DNA from: Spirochaetia bacterium
GTDB lineage: Bacteria > Spirochaetota > Spirochaetia > SZUA-6 > Bin103
DNA: 64,000 nucleotides
NCBI GenBank assembly: GCA_965208575.1
Contig: CBDBOV010000004.1
Location: 1,323,875 to 1,387,874 of the forward strand
Direction of reading: 5' to 3'
A program made the translations under genes and the position numbers. Below, one piece after another: positions 32,307-42,303 of the stretch. The notes below the pieces were generated by a model. The model was not told the origin of the DNA, made no database searches, and saw only the letters and a program-made list of their open reading frames with translations. The stretch's first letter is position 1. The number at the start of each line of letters is the position of its first letter.

Positions 32307-32368
32307 GCCGCTTGCAAGGCTGCCGGTGGCCGCTCGCAACCGGCGGCGGCACGCGGCGGCGCGCTCGC

Positions 32369-33196
32369 GTGCAACCGCGGTTCGGCTACCGGCTGCCCGG
32401 CCCGGGCGTGGCGCTGTGCCTGCTGCTGGCCGGGTGCGGAGCTTCGTCGGAGCCGGCGGCGCCGCCGGTCCATCCCGACTTCTCGATCACGGCGCCGGAG
32501 CTGGACCAGGTGCTGGAGCAGCTCGAGCCGGCAACCGCGGCCGGCATCCGTTCACAGCGCCAGGTGTTTCTCGACCTGGTGGCGCAGATGCTGGCCGCCG
32601 ACCGGTCGTTCCGCGTGCTGGTCGACAAGCAGCACCCGCTGCCGAAGGAGTATGCGCCCACCGACCTGGTCACGCTCGACAGCTATTCGATCACCATCAG
32701 CCGGGCCGGCCATCGCCTGTCCCGGCGCGTCCTGCCCGACCTCCTGGCAATGGTCGAGGCGGCGCGCATCGACGGTATCGAGTTGATGGTATCTTCCGCC
32801 TACCGCTCGTTCGATTACCAGGCGGGCTTGTACCAGCGGCACGTGGACCGGATCGGGCGCGAGGCGGCAGACCTGGTGTCGGCCCGCCCCGGCCACTCCC
32901 AGCATCAGTTGGGCACCGCGATCGACTTCGGCTCCATTTCCGATGGCTACGGCGAGACCGCCAACGGGCGCTGGGTGGCACGGCACGCCTGGCGGTTCGG
33001 GTTCTCCCTCTCCTACCCGCGCGGCGCAACCGAAGCGACCGGCTACAACTACGAACCGTGGCACTTCCGCTACATCGGGCGCGTCGGCACGCGCCTGGAA
33101 CGCGAATTTTTCGGCGGCCAGCAGCAACTGTTCCTGGAGTTCCTCGCCGCCTGGGAGCCGTGGTTCGCGGAGCGCCGCGGCACCGCCCGGCGCTGA
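32369..33196 (+). CDS. M15B (VanY-like) D,D-carboxypeptidase lipoprotein
   Basis: Lipobox LLAGC; SAYRSF.YQ, SARPGHSQHQLGTAID, YEPWHFRYIG. Confidence 0.88.
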   Translation: MQPRFGYRLPGPGVALCLLLAGCGASSEPAAPPVHPDFSITAPELDQVLEQLEPATAAGIRSQRQVFLDLVAQMLAADRSFRVLVDKQHPLPKEYAPTDLVTLDSYSITISRAGHRLSRRVLPDLLAMVEAARIDGIELMVSSAYRSFDYQAGLYQRHVDRIGREAADLVSARPGHSQHQLGTAIDFGSISDGYGETANGRWVARHAWRFGFSLSYPRGATEATGYNYEPWHFRYIGRVGTRLEREFFGGQQQLFLEFLAAWEPWFAERRGTARR

Positions 33197-33278
33197 CGGT
33201 TCGCGGCGACACTGCGAGCGCATGCGAGCGGCGCGACGCCGGGGTCCACCACGGGCCGGCCGCGCGCGCGGGAACCGG

Positions 33279-33929
33279 TCAGCCCGGCCTGCGCGGCTTG
33301 CCCGACCTGCCGGCGAGCTGATCGGCGGAGATGGCGAGAGCGCCGGCACGCACGACGCGCGCCGGCGACACGGTGGCATCGACCACCGTGGAAGGCTGTG
33401 CCGCGGACGGCGGCCCATCGTAGACCAGCAGGTCGGCGGCGGCCCCGAACGCGCGCTGCAGGGCGTCACGGTCGCGCAGCGGCGGCTCGCCGGCCCGGTT
33501 GGCGCTGGTCGAGTAGATCGGCCTGCCCACCTCGGCCGCGATCGCCCGCAGCGCCGGGTCGCCGGGCACCCGAACGCCGAGCGTCGTCACGCCCAGGCCG
33601 CGGCCGCAGCGTGCCACCACCGGCAGCACGATGGTCAGCGGTCCGGGCCACAGCGCGGCCAGCGCGGGCGGTGGCGCGGTGCCGGTCACGGCCTCCGCAC
33701 CGGCGGCGTCGGCCACCAGCACCAGCATCCGCCGCGCCTCGTCGCGGCCCTTCAGTTCCGCGAGTCGAGTGCCGGTGTCGGGCGCCACGCCGTGCAGCCC
33801 ATACACCGTGTCGGTGCGCATGACGACGATGCCGCGCCGCTGCAGCACGGCGCATATTTCCGCGTGGCGCGGATGATGCGCGTGATGCGCATGATGCGCG
33901 TGATGCGGGTGGTGCGCGGCTGGGGACAT
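33279..33929 (-). CDS. tsaC: L-threonylcarbamoyladenylate synthase (YrdC/TsaC) with His-rich N-terminus
   Basis: TDTVYGL, LKGR, WPGPLTIVL, GVRVP, STSANRAG, STVVD. Confidence 0.88.
   Translation of the reverse strand: MSPAAHHPHHAHHAHHAHHPRHAEICAVLQRRGIVVMRTDTVYGLHGVAPDTGTRLAELKGRDEARRMLVLVADAAGAEAVTGTAPPPALAALWPGPLTIVLPVVARCGRGLGVTTLGVRVPGDPALRAIAAEVGRPIYSTSANRAGEPPLRDRDALQRAFGAAADLLVYDGPPSAAQPSTVVDATVSPARVVRAGALAISADQLAGRSGKPRRPG
33873..33917. repeat. 9-bp tandem repeat, 5 copies, encoding (A/P)HH units
   Basis: Units resembling (a/g)tgatgcgc start at 33873, 33882, 33891, 33900 and 33909. Confidence 0.9.
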
Positions 33930-33937
33930 GCGGCGGG

Positions 33938-34681
33938 CTACAACCGGTAGACCGTTACGTCTCGCCGGCGGCGGCGCGCCCTTCTGCGCCGTCCCGCGGG
34001 TTCCGCCTCCGCCTCGCCGCCGGGCGCGGCCTTGGCCGGCGCTTGGTCATTCTGGCGCGCGCGCGACTCGCCGGTGGCGGACGGCCGCGAAGGGGAGGGA
34101 TCGGTCGCCTCCCGCGCCGGCGCCGGGGGGTGCGGCCGGTCGCCGCGGCCGGATGCCGCCCCGGCGTGAGCGCGCCGCCGGAACGCGCGCAGCATGCTGA
34201 GCATGGCAAAGGAGCCGGCGCCGAGGCACAGGCCCAGGGCCAGGGCGTTGAACGGTTCGCGAGGCGCCGGCGGCGTGTGTTGCAGCAGTGGAGCCACGCC
34301 CGCAAATTCGCTCCCGGAACGCGGGCCGGACGCGGCGGTGGGGTCGACCGGCACCGGTCCCACCTCGATGACCGTCTCGCCGGGCCGGAAATACCCGCTC
34401 TCGCGCGCCAGCAGCCGCAGTGCCTCCGGGTTGTCGCGCAGCACGGCGACGCGCTGCTGCAGACTCCGGTGCCGATCCTGCAGCGCCATGATGCCGTCGG
34501 ACACGTGCGCCTGGTACGCGCGCAGGTCGTGGTAGTTGGACAACCCGGAGGCGCCGAACAGGAACGACAGCACGATGGCGATCACGAGACCGGCAACGGT
34601 GCAGTAGAACAACCGCGGGACACTCACCTCACCTCTAGCCACGGCACCTTGCCGCGACTTCTTGAACGGCATCGGCATCAA
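33938..34681 (-). CDS. Septum formation initiator (FtsB/DivIC family)
   Basis: Transmembrane helix, FGASGL, coiled coil, LRDNPEALRLLARE.GY.RPGE; second hydrophobic segment and low-complexity tail. Confidence 0.75.
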   Translation of the reverse strand: MMPMPFKKSRQGAVARGEVSVPRLFYCTVAGLVIAIVLSFLFGASGLSNYHDLRAYQAHVSDGIMALQDRHRSLQQRVAVLRDNPEALRLLARESGYFRPGETVIEVGPVPVDPTAASGPRSGSEFAGVAPLLQHTPPAPREPFNALALGLCLGAGSFAMLSMLRAFRRRAHAGAASGRGDRPHPPAPAREATDPSPSRPSATGESRARQNDQAPAKAAPGGEAEAEPAGRRRRARRRRRDVTVYRL

Positions 34682-34721
34682 CTACCGTAGCAGGAGGCCG
34701 ATACTCAATGTGAGGGATTCA

Positions 34722-35933
34722 ATGGAGCAGAATACGCGCCCGGCGCCTGACAATGATCTGGAAGCCTACGGCGACTGGGTGACGGTCGATTCGGCCGCAC
34801 CACCGGCGGCCGCGGTCCGGCAGCCCCCGGCAGCGACCGCGGACGTGGACACCGCAGCGGAACTGACCGGCGCCGAGGAGGAATTCCTCGGTCGACTGAG
34901 CGATGCCGACCACGCGGCCGCCGGAGCGTTCGCGCGCGATGCCGGCCACCCGGCGCACAACGGCAACGGCAACGGGGAGGCAGAGACCGGAATCGGTCAC
35001 CCCGGAGCGCACGCCGGCGGCCCGGCCGCGGGCGATACGCCCGCCACGCCATTCGCCGATGAGCCGACCCGGTCGCCGGGTCCGGCACGGTCACCGGGCA
35101 GCGCCGGCCGCCCGGCTCTTGCGGACCAGCCACCGCCATCGGACCGGGTCGCGCTGGCCGCGGGCGCTGCCGCATCGGCTGCCTACCCCGGCGCGGCCGG
35201 CGGAGCCGGCCGGGCTGGAATTGCCGCGTCGGCCGTGCCGGCGCCGCCGCCCGCGGTGGTACCGGCGCCGCTGCCGGCCGTGCCCGCGCCCGCGCCGGTG
35301 CGGCCGCGTGCCGTCGTCAACGCGGACCACGCAGCCGCGCCGGCGAACGCCGCGGCAGACCCGCCGGCGCCGCCGAAGGAGCAGGCGCCCGAGGCCGGCG
35401 GCGGCCAACTGGCAGACCTGGATCGGCGGGTGGCCGCCCTGGAGAGACGGGTTGCCGCGCTGGCCGCGGACAGCGGCGCAATCGCCGCTCGCGCCGGTCT
35501 GTTGCAAGCGGGCGGCGACCCGGGCGAAGTGCAGGTCTCGATCGAGGAACTCGACGGCGAACCGGCGGACGAAGCCGCCGGTCCCGGGGCGCAGGCGGCC
35601 GACGCGGCGCCCGCGGCAGCGGCATCCGACAGCCAGCTCGCGCCCATGATCCGGCTGGTACCGATCGACGAGGAAGACGAACACGCCGCCCACCTGCCGG
35701 CCGAAGGCGAAGCGGAGGCCTCGGCGGGCGCAGCGGCGACAGCGGGCGAGCCGCCGCCTGAGGCAGCTCCGGCGCCGCCCGACGACTCGTTCCGCAACGA
35801 CGTCCGCGAAGTACTCCGCTATCTCGACCAGTTGCTCGACGATCTGCCGCCGGAGCGGGTGCGCGAGTTCGCCCAGTCGGCACACTTCGCCACCTACAAG
35901 GCTCTGTTCACGGAACTGGGCCTGGACGAGTAG
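34722..35933 (+). CDS. Low-complexity hypothetical protein with conserved-looking termini
   Basis: N-terminal DLEAYGDWV, long Ala/Pro-rich linker, C-terminal DVREVLRYLDQLLDDLPPERVREFAQSAHFATYKALFTELGL helical module that I recall from treponemal proteins. Confidence 0.65.
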   Translation: MEQNTRPAPDNDLEAYGDWVTVDSAAPPAAAVRQPPAATADVDTAAELTGAEEEFLGRLSDADHAAAGAFARDAGHPAHNGNGNGEAETGIGHPGAHAGGPAAGDTPATPFADEPTRSPGPARSPGSAGRPALADQPPPSDRVALAAGAAASAAYPGAAGGAGRAGIAASAVPAPPPAVVPAPLPAVPAPAPVRPRAVVNADHAAAPANAAADPPAPPKEQAPEAGGGQLADLDRRVAALERRVAALAADSGAIAARAGLLQAGGDPGEVQVSIEELDGEPADEAAGPGAQAADAAPAAAASDSQLAPMIRLVPIDEEDEHAAHLPAEGEAEASAGAAATAGEPPPEAAPAPPDDSFRNDVREVLRYLDQLLDDLPPERVREFAQSAHFATYKALFTELGLDE

Positions 35934-35945
35934 CGCGAAACCGGA

Positions 35946-37055
35946 ATGGGGCAAGAACCAATGCGTAACCGGCAACACACCCGCCTGATCCGACTGTTCG
36001 GCATCGCCGCGACCGGGTTCCTGGTGTTCCTGGTGTGCCTGCTGGCGATACGCGTGTACGTGGCACGCGAAGCCGGCGGGCGCACCGCCGCCAGCCACTT
36101 CGAGTTGCTGCACCGGGAACTGGCCGACGTGTACGTGGCCAACGGCAGCGTGCAGTCGCCGGTATTCCGGGAGAAGGTTGCGGCGCTGGAGGGCGAGGCC
36201 GGGCTGGTGGCGTTGCTGCTGCGCGGGCCGGAGGGCGTGCGCTACGCGTTCGACAACACCTGGGAGATCGTGAAGCTCGCGGGCGGCAAGCTGGATGAGT
36301 TGCGCGTCCCGAGCCTGCACGCGGAGTACTCCAGTGCGTTCCCGGCCGAGCCGGCTACCGTTCTGACCGCGGTGTATCGCCTGGTCACCCGCGACCATGC
36401 GTTCCGCATCGTGCGGGACGCGCTGTTCCTGGTGATCGCGTTCCTGCTCGCCTGTGCCATAGCGCTGCTGCTCATCATTACCCTGACGCCGCAACGCGCG
36501 TCCGAGGACAACACCCCGTGGCCGAACGGCCCCTTGGGTGAGGACGTCGAAGTCGAAGCCTCGCCGCCGGCGGCCGCCGTGCACATCACCGTGCTCGAAC
36601 CGCAGGAGGCGCTTGGCGACCGTTTGCGCGGCGAACTGGAACGCGCCACGGCGTTCGGCACCGATCTCAGCCTGGCGCTGGGCGTGCTGTTGGCGGCGGA
36701 CGCCACCACCGACGACAGTTCCGCACGGCTCGCCGGGCTGGTGCGCGAACTTGCCGTGCTGCCCGAGCTGGCGTTCGCCTACGGCGCCAGCGGCTTCGCG
36801 CTGATCCTGCCGGAAACCAACCTGGATACCGCGATTGCGCAACTGGAGCGATGGCGGCGGGCCGCCCTTGACGCCGGCCTGTTCGTGGCGATCGGGATCG
36901 GCGACCGCGCCGGGCGCGACCTGGACGGCCAGCGGCTGCAACTGGAGGTGGAGCACGCCCTCGGGCGCGCCATGGCGAGCGGAGGCCACAACCTCGTTGC
37001 CTTCCGGGCCGACCCGCAGCGCTACCGCGTCCTGCAGGCAGCCGCGCGCCACTAA
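35946..37055 (+). CDS. Two-TM membrane protein with degenerate GGDEF-like domain
   Basis: Two hydrophobic helices around an external domain. Cytoplasmic part has RLRGELERA..DLSLAL, AYGASGFALILPET in place of GGDEF, and GGHNLVAF. Confidence 0.6.
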   Translation: MGQEPMRNRQHTRLIRLFGIAATGFLVFLVCLLAIRVYVAREAGGRTAASHFELLHRELADVYVANGSVQSPVFREKVAALEGEAGLVALLLRGPEGVRYAFDNTWEIVKLAGGKLDELRVPSLHAEYSSAFPAEPATVLTAVYRLVTRDHAFRIVRDALFLVIAFLLACAIALLLIITLTPQRASEDNTPWPNGPLGEDVEVEASPPAAAVHITVLEPQEALGDRLRGELERATAFGTDLSLALGVLLAADATTDDSSARLAGLVRELAVLPELAFAYGASGFALILPETNLDTAIAQLERWRRAALDAGLFVAIGIGDRAGRDLDGQRLQLEVEHALGRAMASGGHNLVAFRADPQRYRVLQAAARH

Positions 37056-37074
37056 CAGCCGGGCCGGGCGGGCG

Positions 37075-38001
37075 TCAGTCCCGGAACGGGATCGACAGTT
37101 CCTGCAGATCGCGGGTCAGGAACGAGCCGGAGAACTCCCGCCGCGCCTCGCGCAGCAATTGCTTGAGATCGCGCTCCGTGTAGCGTGGGCTGTAGTGAAT
37201 CAGTCCCATCCGGCGCACCCCTGCCACGCGGGCGAGCGCGCCGGCCTGGCGCGCGGTGAGGTGCTTCTTGTCGCGCGCGCTGTCGCGCAGATCCTGGGAG
37301 AACATGCCCTCGCAGATCATCAGGTCGGCATCCGCCACGAACCGGTCGAGGCCGCCCACCATCGCCGTATCGGTAATGAACGCGAACTTGCGCCCCGGGC
37401 GGGCGGCCCCCATCACCTGCGCCGACTCGATCACGCGGCCGTCGCCCAAGGTGACCGGTTGGCCGCCCTGCAGCCGGCCCCACAGCGGGCCGCGCGGCAC
37501 GCCCAGCTCCTCGGCGCGTTCCGGATGAAACTCGCCGGGCCGATCGTGCTCCACCAGCGTATAGCCGAGACACGGTTTCGAATGACGCAGGCGGCAGGCG
37601 TGCACCTCGTAGCCGTCGCCGGCAGCCAGCCGGCCGCTGTCGAATGTTTCGTGAATGACGATTTCGTAGTCGATGTAGATGTCGAGAATGCGCAGGCTGT
37701 GCTCGATGTAGGCGCGTACGCGCGGCGGCCCGTACACGTGCAGCGGCTCGCTGCGCTCCACCTGCGCGGAAAGCGACAGCATGCCCGGCAGTCCGGTGAC
37801 GTGATCGGCGTGGGTGTGGGAGATGAAGATGTGCGAGATCTTCTTCCAGCGCAGACCGAGGCGGCGGAACGCGATCTGCGTCGCCTCCCCGCAGTCGAAC
37901 AGGAACAGCTCACCCTCGCGGCGCACCAGCACCGACGTAAGGCCGCGCCCCGGCAGCGGCATCATGCCGCCGGTGCCCAGAATAAACACCTCAATGTTCA
38001 T
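37075..38001 (-). CDS. rnz: Ribonuclease Z
   Basis: ILGTGG..P..GR, FDCGEATQ, SHTHADHVTG, GVPRGP exosite, FITDT, HLTA, IHYSPRY. Confidence 0.96.
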   Translation of the reverse strand: MNIEVFILGTGGMMPLPGRGLTSVLVRREGELFLFDCGEATQIAFRRLGLRWKKISHIFISHTHADHVTGLPGMLSLSAQVERSEPLHVYGPPRVRAYIEHSLRILDIYIDYEIVIHETFDSGRLAAGDGYEVHACRLRHSKPCLGYTLVEHDRPGEFHPERAEELGVPRGPLWGRLQGGQPVTLGDGRVIESAQVMGAARPGRKFAFITDTAMVGGLDRFVADADLMICEGMFSQDLRDSARDKKHLTARQAGALARVAGVRRMGLIHYSPRYTERDLKQLLREARREFSGSFLTRDLQELSIPFRD

Positions 38002-38281
38002 GGCGAATAGTCAGAAAATACCCGAAAGGCCGAATCGAGCCGCCCGAGTATACCGATCCCACCCTCCCGCCGACAACCTTGACCGGTCGGCGCGGTCGGC
38101 GCGTGTCGGCGCGGCGGCGCCTGGCTTCGTCGTCAGCGGTGGCGACCGCCGACTACGCGACCGTCGGTGCAGACGATCTCCCGGTTGCGTGCGCCCTGCT
38201 CCTCCGACACCAGCTCCGGTCGCTGCCCGTCCGCCCGCGCGCCGCGGACGGGTTCCCGCACGATTCGCACGCGCACGCCGC

Positions 38282-39052
38282 TCAGCGCGTCTTCGGTACC
38301 ACGAGCATGCGCGGGCGGCGCTGCTCTGCGACCTTGAACAGCGAGAATGTCTGGTTGACGTAGTTGACCACACTCGCGATGTGTGCGAGGTAGGCTTCGA
38401 GCTCCGGCGTGCGTGCGGCTTCGACCAACTGGATCGGCCGGTCCGGCGGCAGCGTCTCGAACTGGCAGTAGAACAACGGCTCGCCGCGCGAGAGCCGCAA
38501 GGTCTTGCCGGTATCGTGCCATTCGAACGCCCACATCAGCGGACGCGGCCAGACGTCGATCGGAAAGCGGCCGCCGAAAATGGTGCCCGGCCACGGCTCC
38601 GGCCGGTAGTGCATGAACGGGGCGACCTGTGCCAGATAGACCGGTTCGTCGGCGACGAACACGTAAGGCAGCGACATCTGGATGGTCGGGCGGTCGGCAT
38701 GGCGCCACTCCGCCTCGTCGACGAGGTGCAGCACCGATGCGAGCTTGTTCATCCGCACCGGGGAGCGCCCGCCGAGGAGGTTGCGCAGCCCCGGCCTGCC
38801 TTCCTTGCCGCGCACGAAGGAAAGGTGCAGGTCGAACGGGCACTTGACCTCGAAGTAGCGGCTCTCCAGATTGATGACCGCCGGACACCGCGACGCGGAC
38901 TTCGCGTGACGCCGGTTGATCTCCGCGGAACGGACGCGCACCGGCGCGTCGTAGATTACCCCGCCGCGCTCCTCGGTCAGCAACCACCCGATCTTGGCCG
39001 GTCCCGACGCGGGCGCGTCATCCGGGACCGAGTGCGTAACGCGAATCTCCAT
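38282..39052 (-). CDS. Conserved hypothetical protein (beta-rich, aromatic-rich), probably horizontally acquired
   Basis: Clean 256-aa ORF with SASRCPAV, VKCPFDL, GGRFPIDVWPRPLMWAFEW, RGEPLFY. First gene of the accessory patch. Confidence 0.75.
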   Translation of the reverse strand: MEIRVTHSVPDDAPASGPAKIGWLLTEERGGVIYDAPVRVRSAEINRRHAKSASRCPAVINLESRYFEVKCPFDLHLSFVRGKEGRPGLRNLLGGRSPVRMNKLASVLHLVDEAEWRHADRPTIQMSLPYVFVADEPVYLAQVAPFMHYRPEPWPGTIFGGRFPIDVWPRPLMWAFEWHDTGKTLRLSRGEPLFYCQFETLPPDRPIQLVEAARTPELEAYLAHIASVVNYVNQTFSLFKVAEQRRPRMLVVPKTR

Positions 39053-39341
39053 GCTGACTCATACCTCTGATCGCGCGATTCCCGAAACCGACCGAATCGG
39101 CCTCGACGAAACGTGATCCGTCCACCGGCGCACCGCCGCGCCGGGTGGCAACGCCGAACCGGCAACCGTGACTCCGGCAGCAGAGTAGCCTTCCTGCCCT
39201 CGTACATCAATACAACGCATTGACTCATCGAAAATCTAACCGTAGCGAAAGCATGCCTCATCTAAAAATCTAACCGAACGGGCTGGACCTTCCGGGTCCG
39301 GTTGGAGCCTCTCCGAGGGACGTGAGGAGGTTCCGGAGGAG

Positions 39342-40616
39342 ATGGGGTTGAAGATGAGTTCAAGGCGAGAGCTCACCGAGCAGCACGCGCAGCGGTATCG
39401 TCGGGCGGGCAAGAAGGAGAAGGGGCGCATACTCGACGAGTTCGTCGAGTCGACCGGGTACCAGCGCAAGTACGCGATCCATCTGTTGACCTGGTGGGGA
39501 CGGACCCGCATGGTGCGAGTCGACGGCACACTGGTGAAGCTGGTGGTCGGGCGTCCGCGGCCTGCCCAGCGCCGCGTGCGACCGCGGCGCTACGACCAGG
39601 AGGTGCTGGTCGCTCTGAAGCTGATCTGGTACGTGTTCGACTGCATGTGCGGCAAGCGCCTGGTGGTCGTGCTGCGCACCATGCTGCCGACGCTGGAGTC
39701 GTTCGGCGAGATCGAGCTGACCGCAGCGGTGCGCGGCAAGCTGCAGACCATCAGCGCCGCGACCATCGACCGGCTGCTGCAGCAGGAGCGCGCACGGCTG
39801 CGCCTGAAGGGTCGCACGCACACCAAGCCGGGCACCCTCCTGAAGGATCAGATCGCGATCCGAACCTTCGCTGACTGGGACGAGCAGGAGCCGGGCTTCT
39901 TCGAGATCGACTTGGTGGGCCATGAAGGCGGCAACGCGTCAGGCGACTTCTGCCACACGCTCACCATCACCGACGTTGACACCGGCTGGGTCGACCTGTA
40001 CGGCGTGCAGAACAAGGCGCAGCGCTGGACCCACGAGGCGATCGACGCTGCCCGGCAGAGCCTGCCGATCGTGATGCGGGGGATCGACACCGACAACGGC
40101 AGCGAGTTCATCAATCATCATTTGCTGCGCTATTGCGAAGCGCACGGCATCACGTTCACTCGGGGTCGCCCGCATCGCAAGAACGACACCTGCTACGTCG
40201 AGCAGAAGAATGGCCACGTGGTGCGACGGGCGGTCGGCCACCTGCGTTACGACACCGACCGGGAACTGGCTGCCCTCAACGCGATATACCGCCCGCTGTG
40301 CCTGCTGGTGAACTTCTTCTATCCCTCGGTGAAGCTGGTGAAGAAAACCCGCACCGGCAGCAAGGTGCGCCGCATCTATGACGACCCGCAGACGCCGTAT
40401 CACCGCATGCTGGCCTCCGAGTCGGTGAGCGAGAAGGTGAAGAACCGCCTCAAGCAGCAGTACGCGACGTTGAATCCGGTCGCCCTCAAGCGCGAGCTGA
40501 CCAGGTTGACCGAGGATCTGCTGCAGCTGAACGTCAGCAAGACCGCCAAGGCCGCACCAAGCACGGTGCAAACACCGAGCGAGGAGCGTGGTGGCAGCGG
40601 TCGCACGGCAAAATGA
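39342..40616 (+). CDS. DDE transposase, integrase-core (rve) type, ISNCY-like
   Basis: N-terminal HTH (KGRILDEFVESTGYQRKYAI), ISAATIDRLL, catalytic motifs EIDLVGH, IDTDNGSEF, CYVEQKN. SD GGAGGAG. Confidence 0.92.
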   Translation: MGLKMSSRRELTEQHAQRYRRAGKKEKGRILDEFVESTGYQRKYAIHLLTWWGRTRMVRVDGTLVKLVVGRPRPAQRRVRPRRYDQEVLVALKLIWYVFDCMCGKRLVVVLRTMLPTLESFGEIELTAAVRGKLQTISAATIDRLLQQERARLRLKGRTHTKPGTLLKDQIAIRTFADWDEQEPGFFEIDLVGHEGGNASGDFCHTLTITDVDTGWVDLYGVQNKAQRWTHEAIDAARQSLPIVMRGIDTDNGSEFINHHLLRYCEAHGITFTRGRPHRKNDTCYVEQKNGHVVRRAVGHLRYDTDRELAALNAIYRPLCLLVNFFYPSVKLVKKTRTGSKVRRIYDDPQTPYHRMLASESVSEKVKNRLKQQYATLNPVALKRELTRLTEDLLQLNVSKTAKAAPSTVQTPSEERGGSGRTAK

Positions 40617-40740
40617 CCCTCTCAGGCGGGTCTGACGGTCGATAATCGGAGAATGGGCGGTCAGCGATGAGAAAACGTCGCCTCAGCCGCGCTGTAAGGC
40701 CCCTCCACGACACGAGGTGGTGTCTGGATACCCCCGTGTC
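40611..40740. repeat. Imperfect direct repeat copy A (core 40677-40740), ending in a hairpin
   Basis: The 64-nt core is 60/64 identical to 42649-42712. Weaker similarity extends back to the transposase stop codon. Confidence 0.88.
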
Positions 40741-40782
40741 TATGCATAACCATGCAATTCAGTGCAACTTTATCCGCGACCG

Positions 40783-42303
40783 TAAGCCGGGTGGCGGAGT
40801 CCCGGTGCCGTCCCTGCAGTGCCTCGGCGAGGCGATTGCGGACCGCTGCCAGCCGGCTGCGTACCCGCCTGATGCTCTTTTCCAGGGCCCGGCGCACCGG
40901 TTCACGACCCGTGCGTCGGGCTCCGGCGGCGCAAGGTCATGGCTCGGCAGCGCGTCAAGGTTGAACTGCTCGCGCAGGTACTTGAAGAAGTTCTCCTGCG
41001 ACCAGCGCGAGAACATGGCGCCGGCGACCTGCGCCAACGGCATCTGCGGGTGCGTGGTGATCACCGCCACCTGACGACCGTTGGCCAGACGCCGCCGGAT
41101 CTGGCGCACCACCAGCCCGTTGCGCAGCATGATCGGCTGCTCGGCCAGATCAACCGCAGTCGTGCTGGTGCCGGCGGGACCATGGATCGGTACCTCGAAG
41201 GTGTGGAAGTCTTCCGGCAGCCAGTCCGCGCCGTTGAAGTTCTTGTGCCAGGTGATGCAGGCGATGCCACGCCGGGCCAGGCGCTTGAACAGGTCCGGGC
41301 TCCAGCCCTCGCGGTCGAACACCAGGGTCAGCTGCGGGGTACCGGCCGGTGCTCCGGTCAGGTCGGGGGCCGCTTCGGTCACCACCCCCAGGTGCTGCAA
41401 CTGCGGCACCACGTCGTGCTTGATCGCATTCACCGGCTTCGGGTCCAGCGCCTTGTGCAGGCACAGCAGCGGTGCGCCGCCGAGGGCGTTGATCCAGTAG
41501 CTCACCGACGCCGGCAGACACAGCTTCTGGCGTGCGACGAAGTGTTTCGGCAACCGCCCGTTGCGCCCGGTGTACACCTTCACGTGGCCATCCACGGCCA
41601 GCGTCGTCCAGTCGTCGTCGTGCTCGCTGGCCCAGGTACGCGCCAGTACCGATTGCCAATCGCGCACGGTGTGCTCGGCGCTGGCCAGCAGCCTGATCTT
41701 GCGGCGCAGCGTCTTGGTCTCCGGACAGCGGTCGAGGCCGAGGATGGCGCCCCACTCGCCGGGTGCCTGGTAGCGCAGGCTCTCGGGGTTGCGCACCCGG
41801 GCCAGGGTCATGCAGGCGACGAACAGGAGGATGGTGGTCAGGCCGTAGAATCCGGCCGGCAGGCGGAACAGGCGGTTGGCGGCGGTGAGCAGGCCCTCGC
41901 GCAGCAGCATCGCCAGTGCGGCCAGCACGCCGCCGCCAGCGACCGCGTGGGCGGGCTCGACGAACGCTGGTGTGGCCTCGGTCAGCAGGCCGGCTCTGGC
42001 GAGCGTGCGGCGTTCCACGTCGCGCGCCGCGCGGCCCATGGGCGCGTGCTTGTCGCGGGCGTCGCGGCTGGCGCGCTCAGTGGCGACCGCCGGGTCGCTG
42101 ACCGCGGCGGCGGTGCTGACCGGGTGATCAGTGGTGGTGGCCGCCGGCGCAACCTCGGCGCTGGCGGCGGGCTCCCGGGTGGGATCTGTGATGACGCCGG
42201 CGCGGCGGTTCTCGTTGAAGGTGCTCACCGGGATGCCGAGTTCGCGAGCGCAGGCTGAGCCGCTCATCCCGGAAGCGAGCAGCTTGGCTGCCTGGTCCGC
42301 CAT
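40783..42303 (-). pseudogene. Truncated, frameshifted putative transposase of a second family
   Basis: HTH-like ARELGIPVSTF; LAVDGHVKVYTG, YWIN, LVFDREGWSP, MFSRWSQENFFKY. At about 40900 the frame breaks (VVN-RC instead of VVNPVRRALEK) and continues in ORF 40661-40897. Both ends appear cut. Confidence 0.75.

Noticed and set aside
40661-40900. Programmed frameshift in the cargo transposase
   Set aside because: No slippery sequence at the break and the gene is truncated at both ends, so decay or a sequencing error is more likely.
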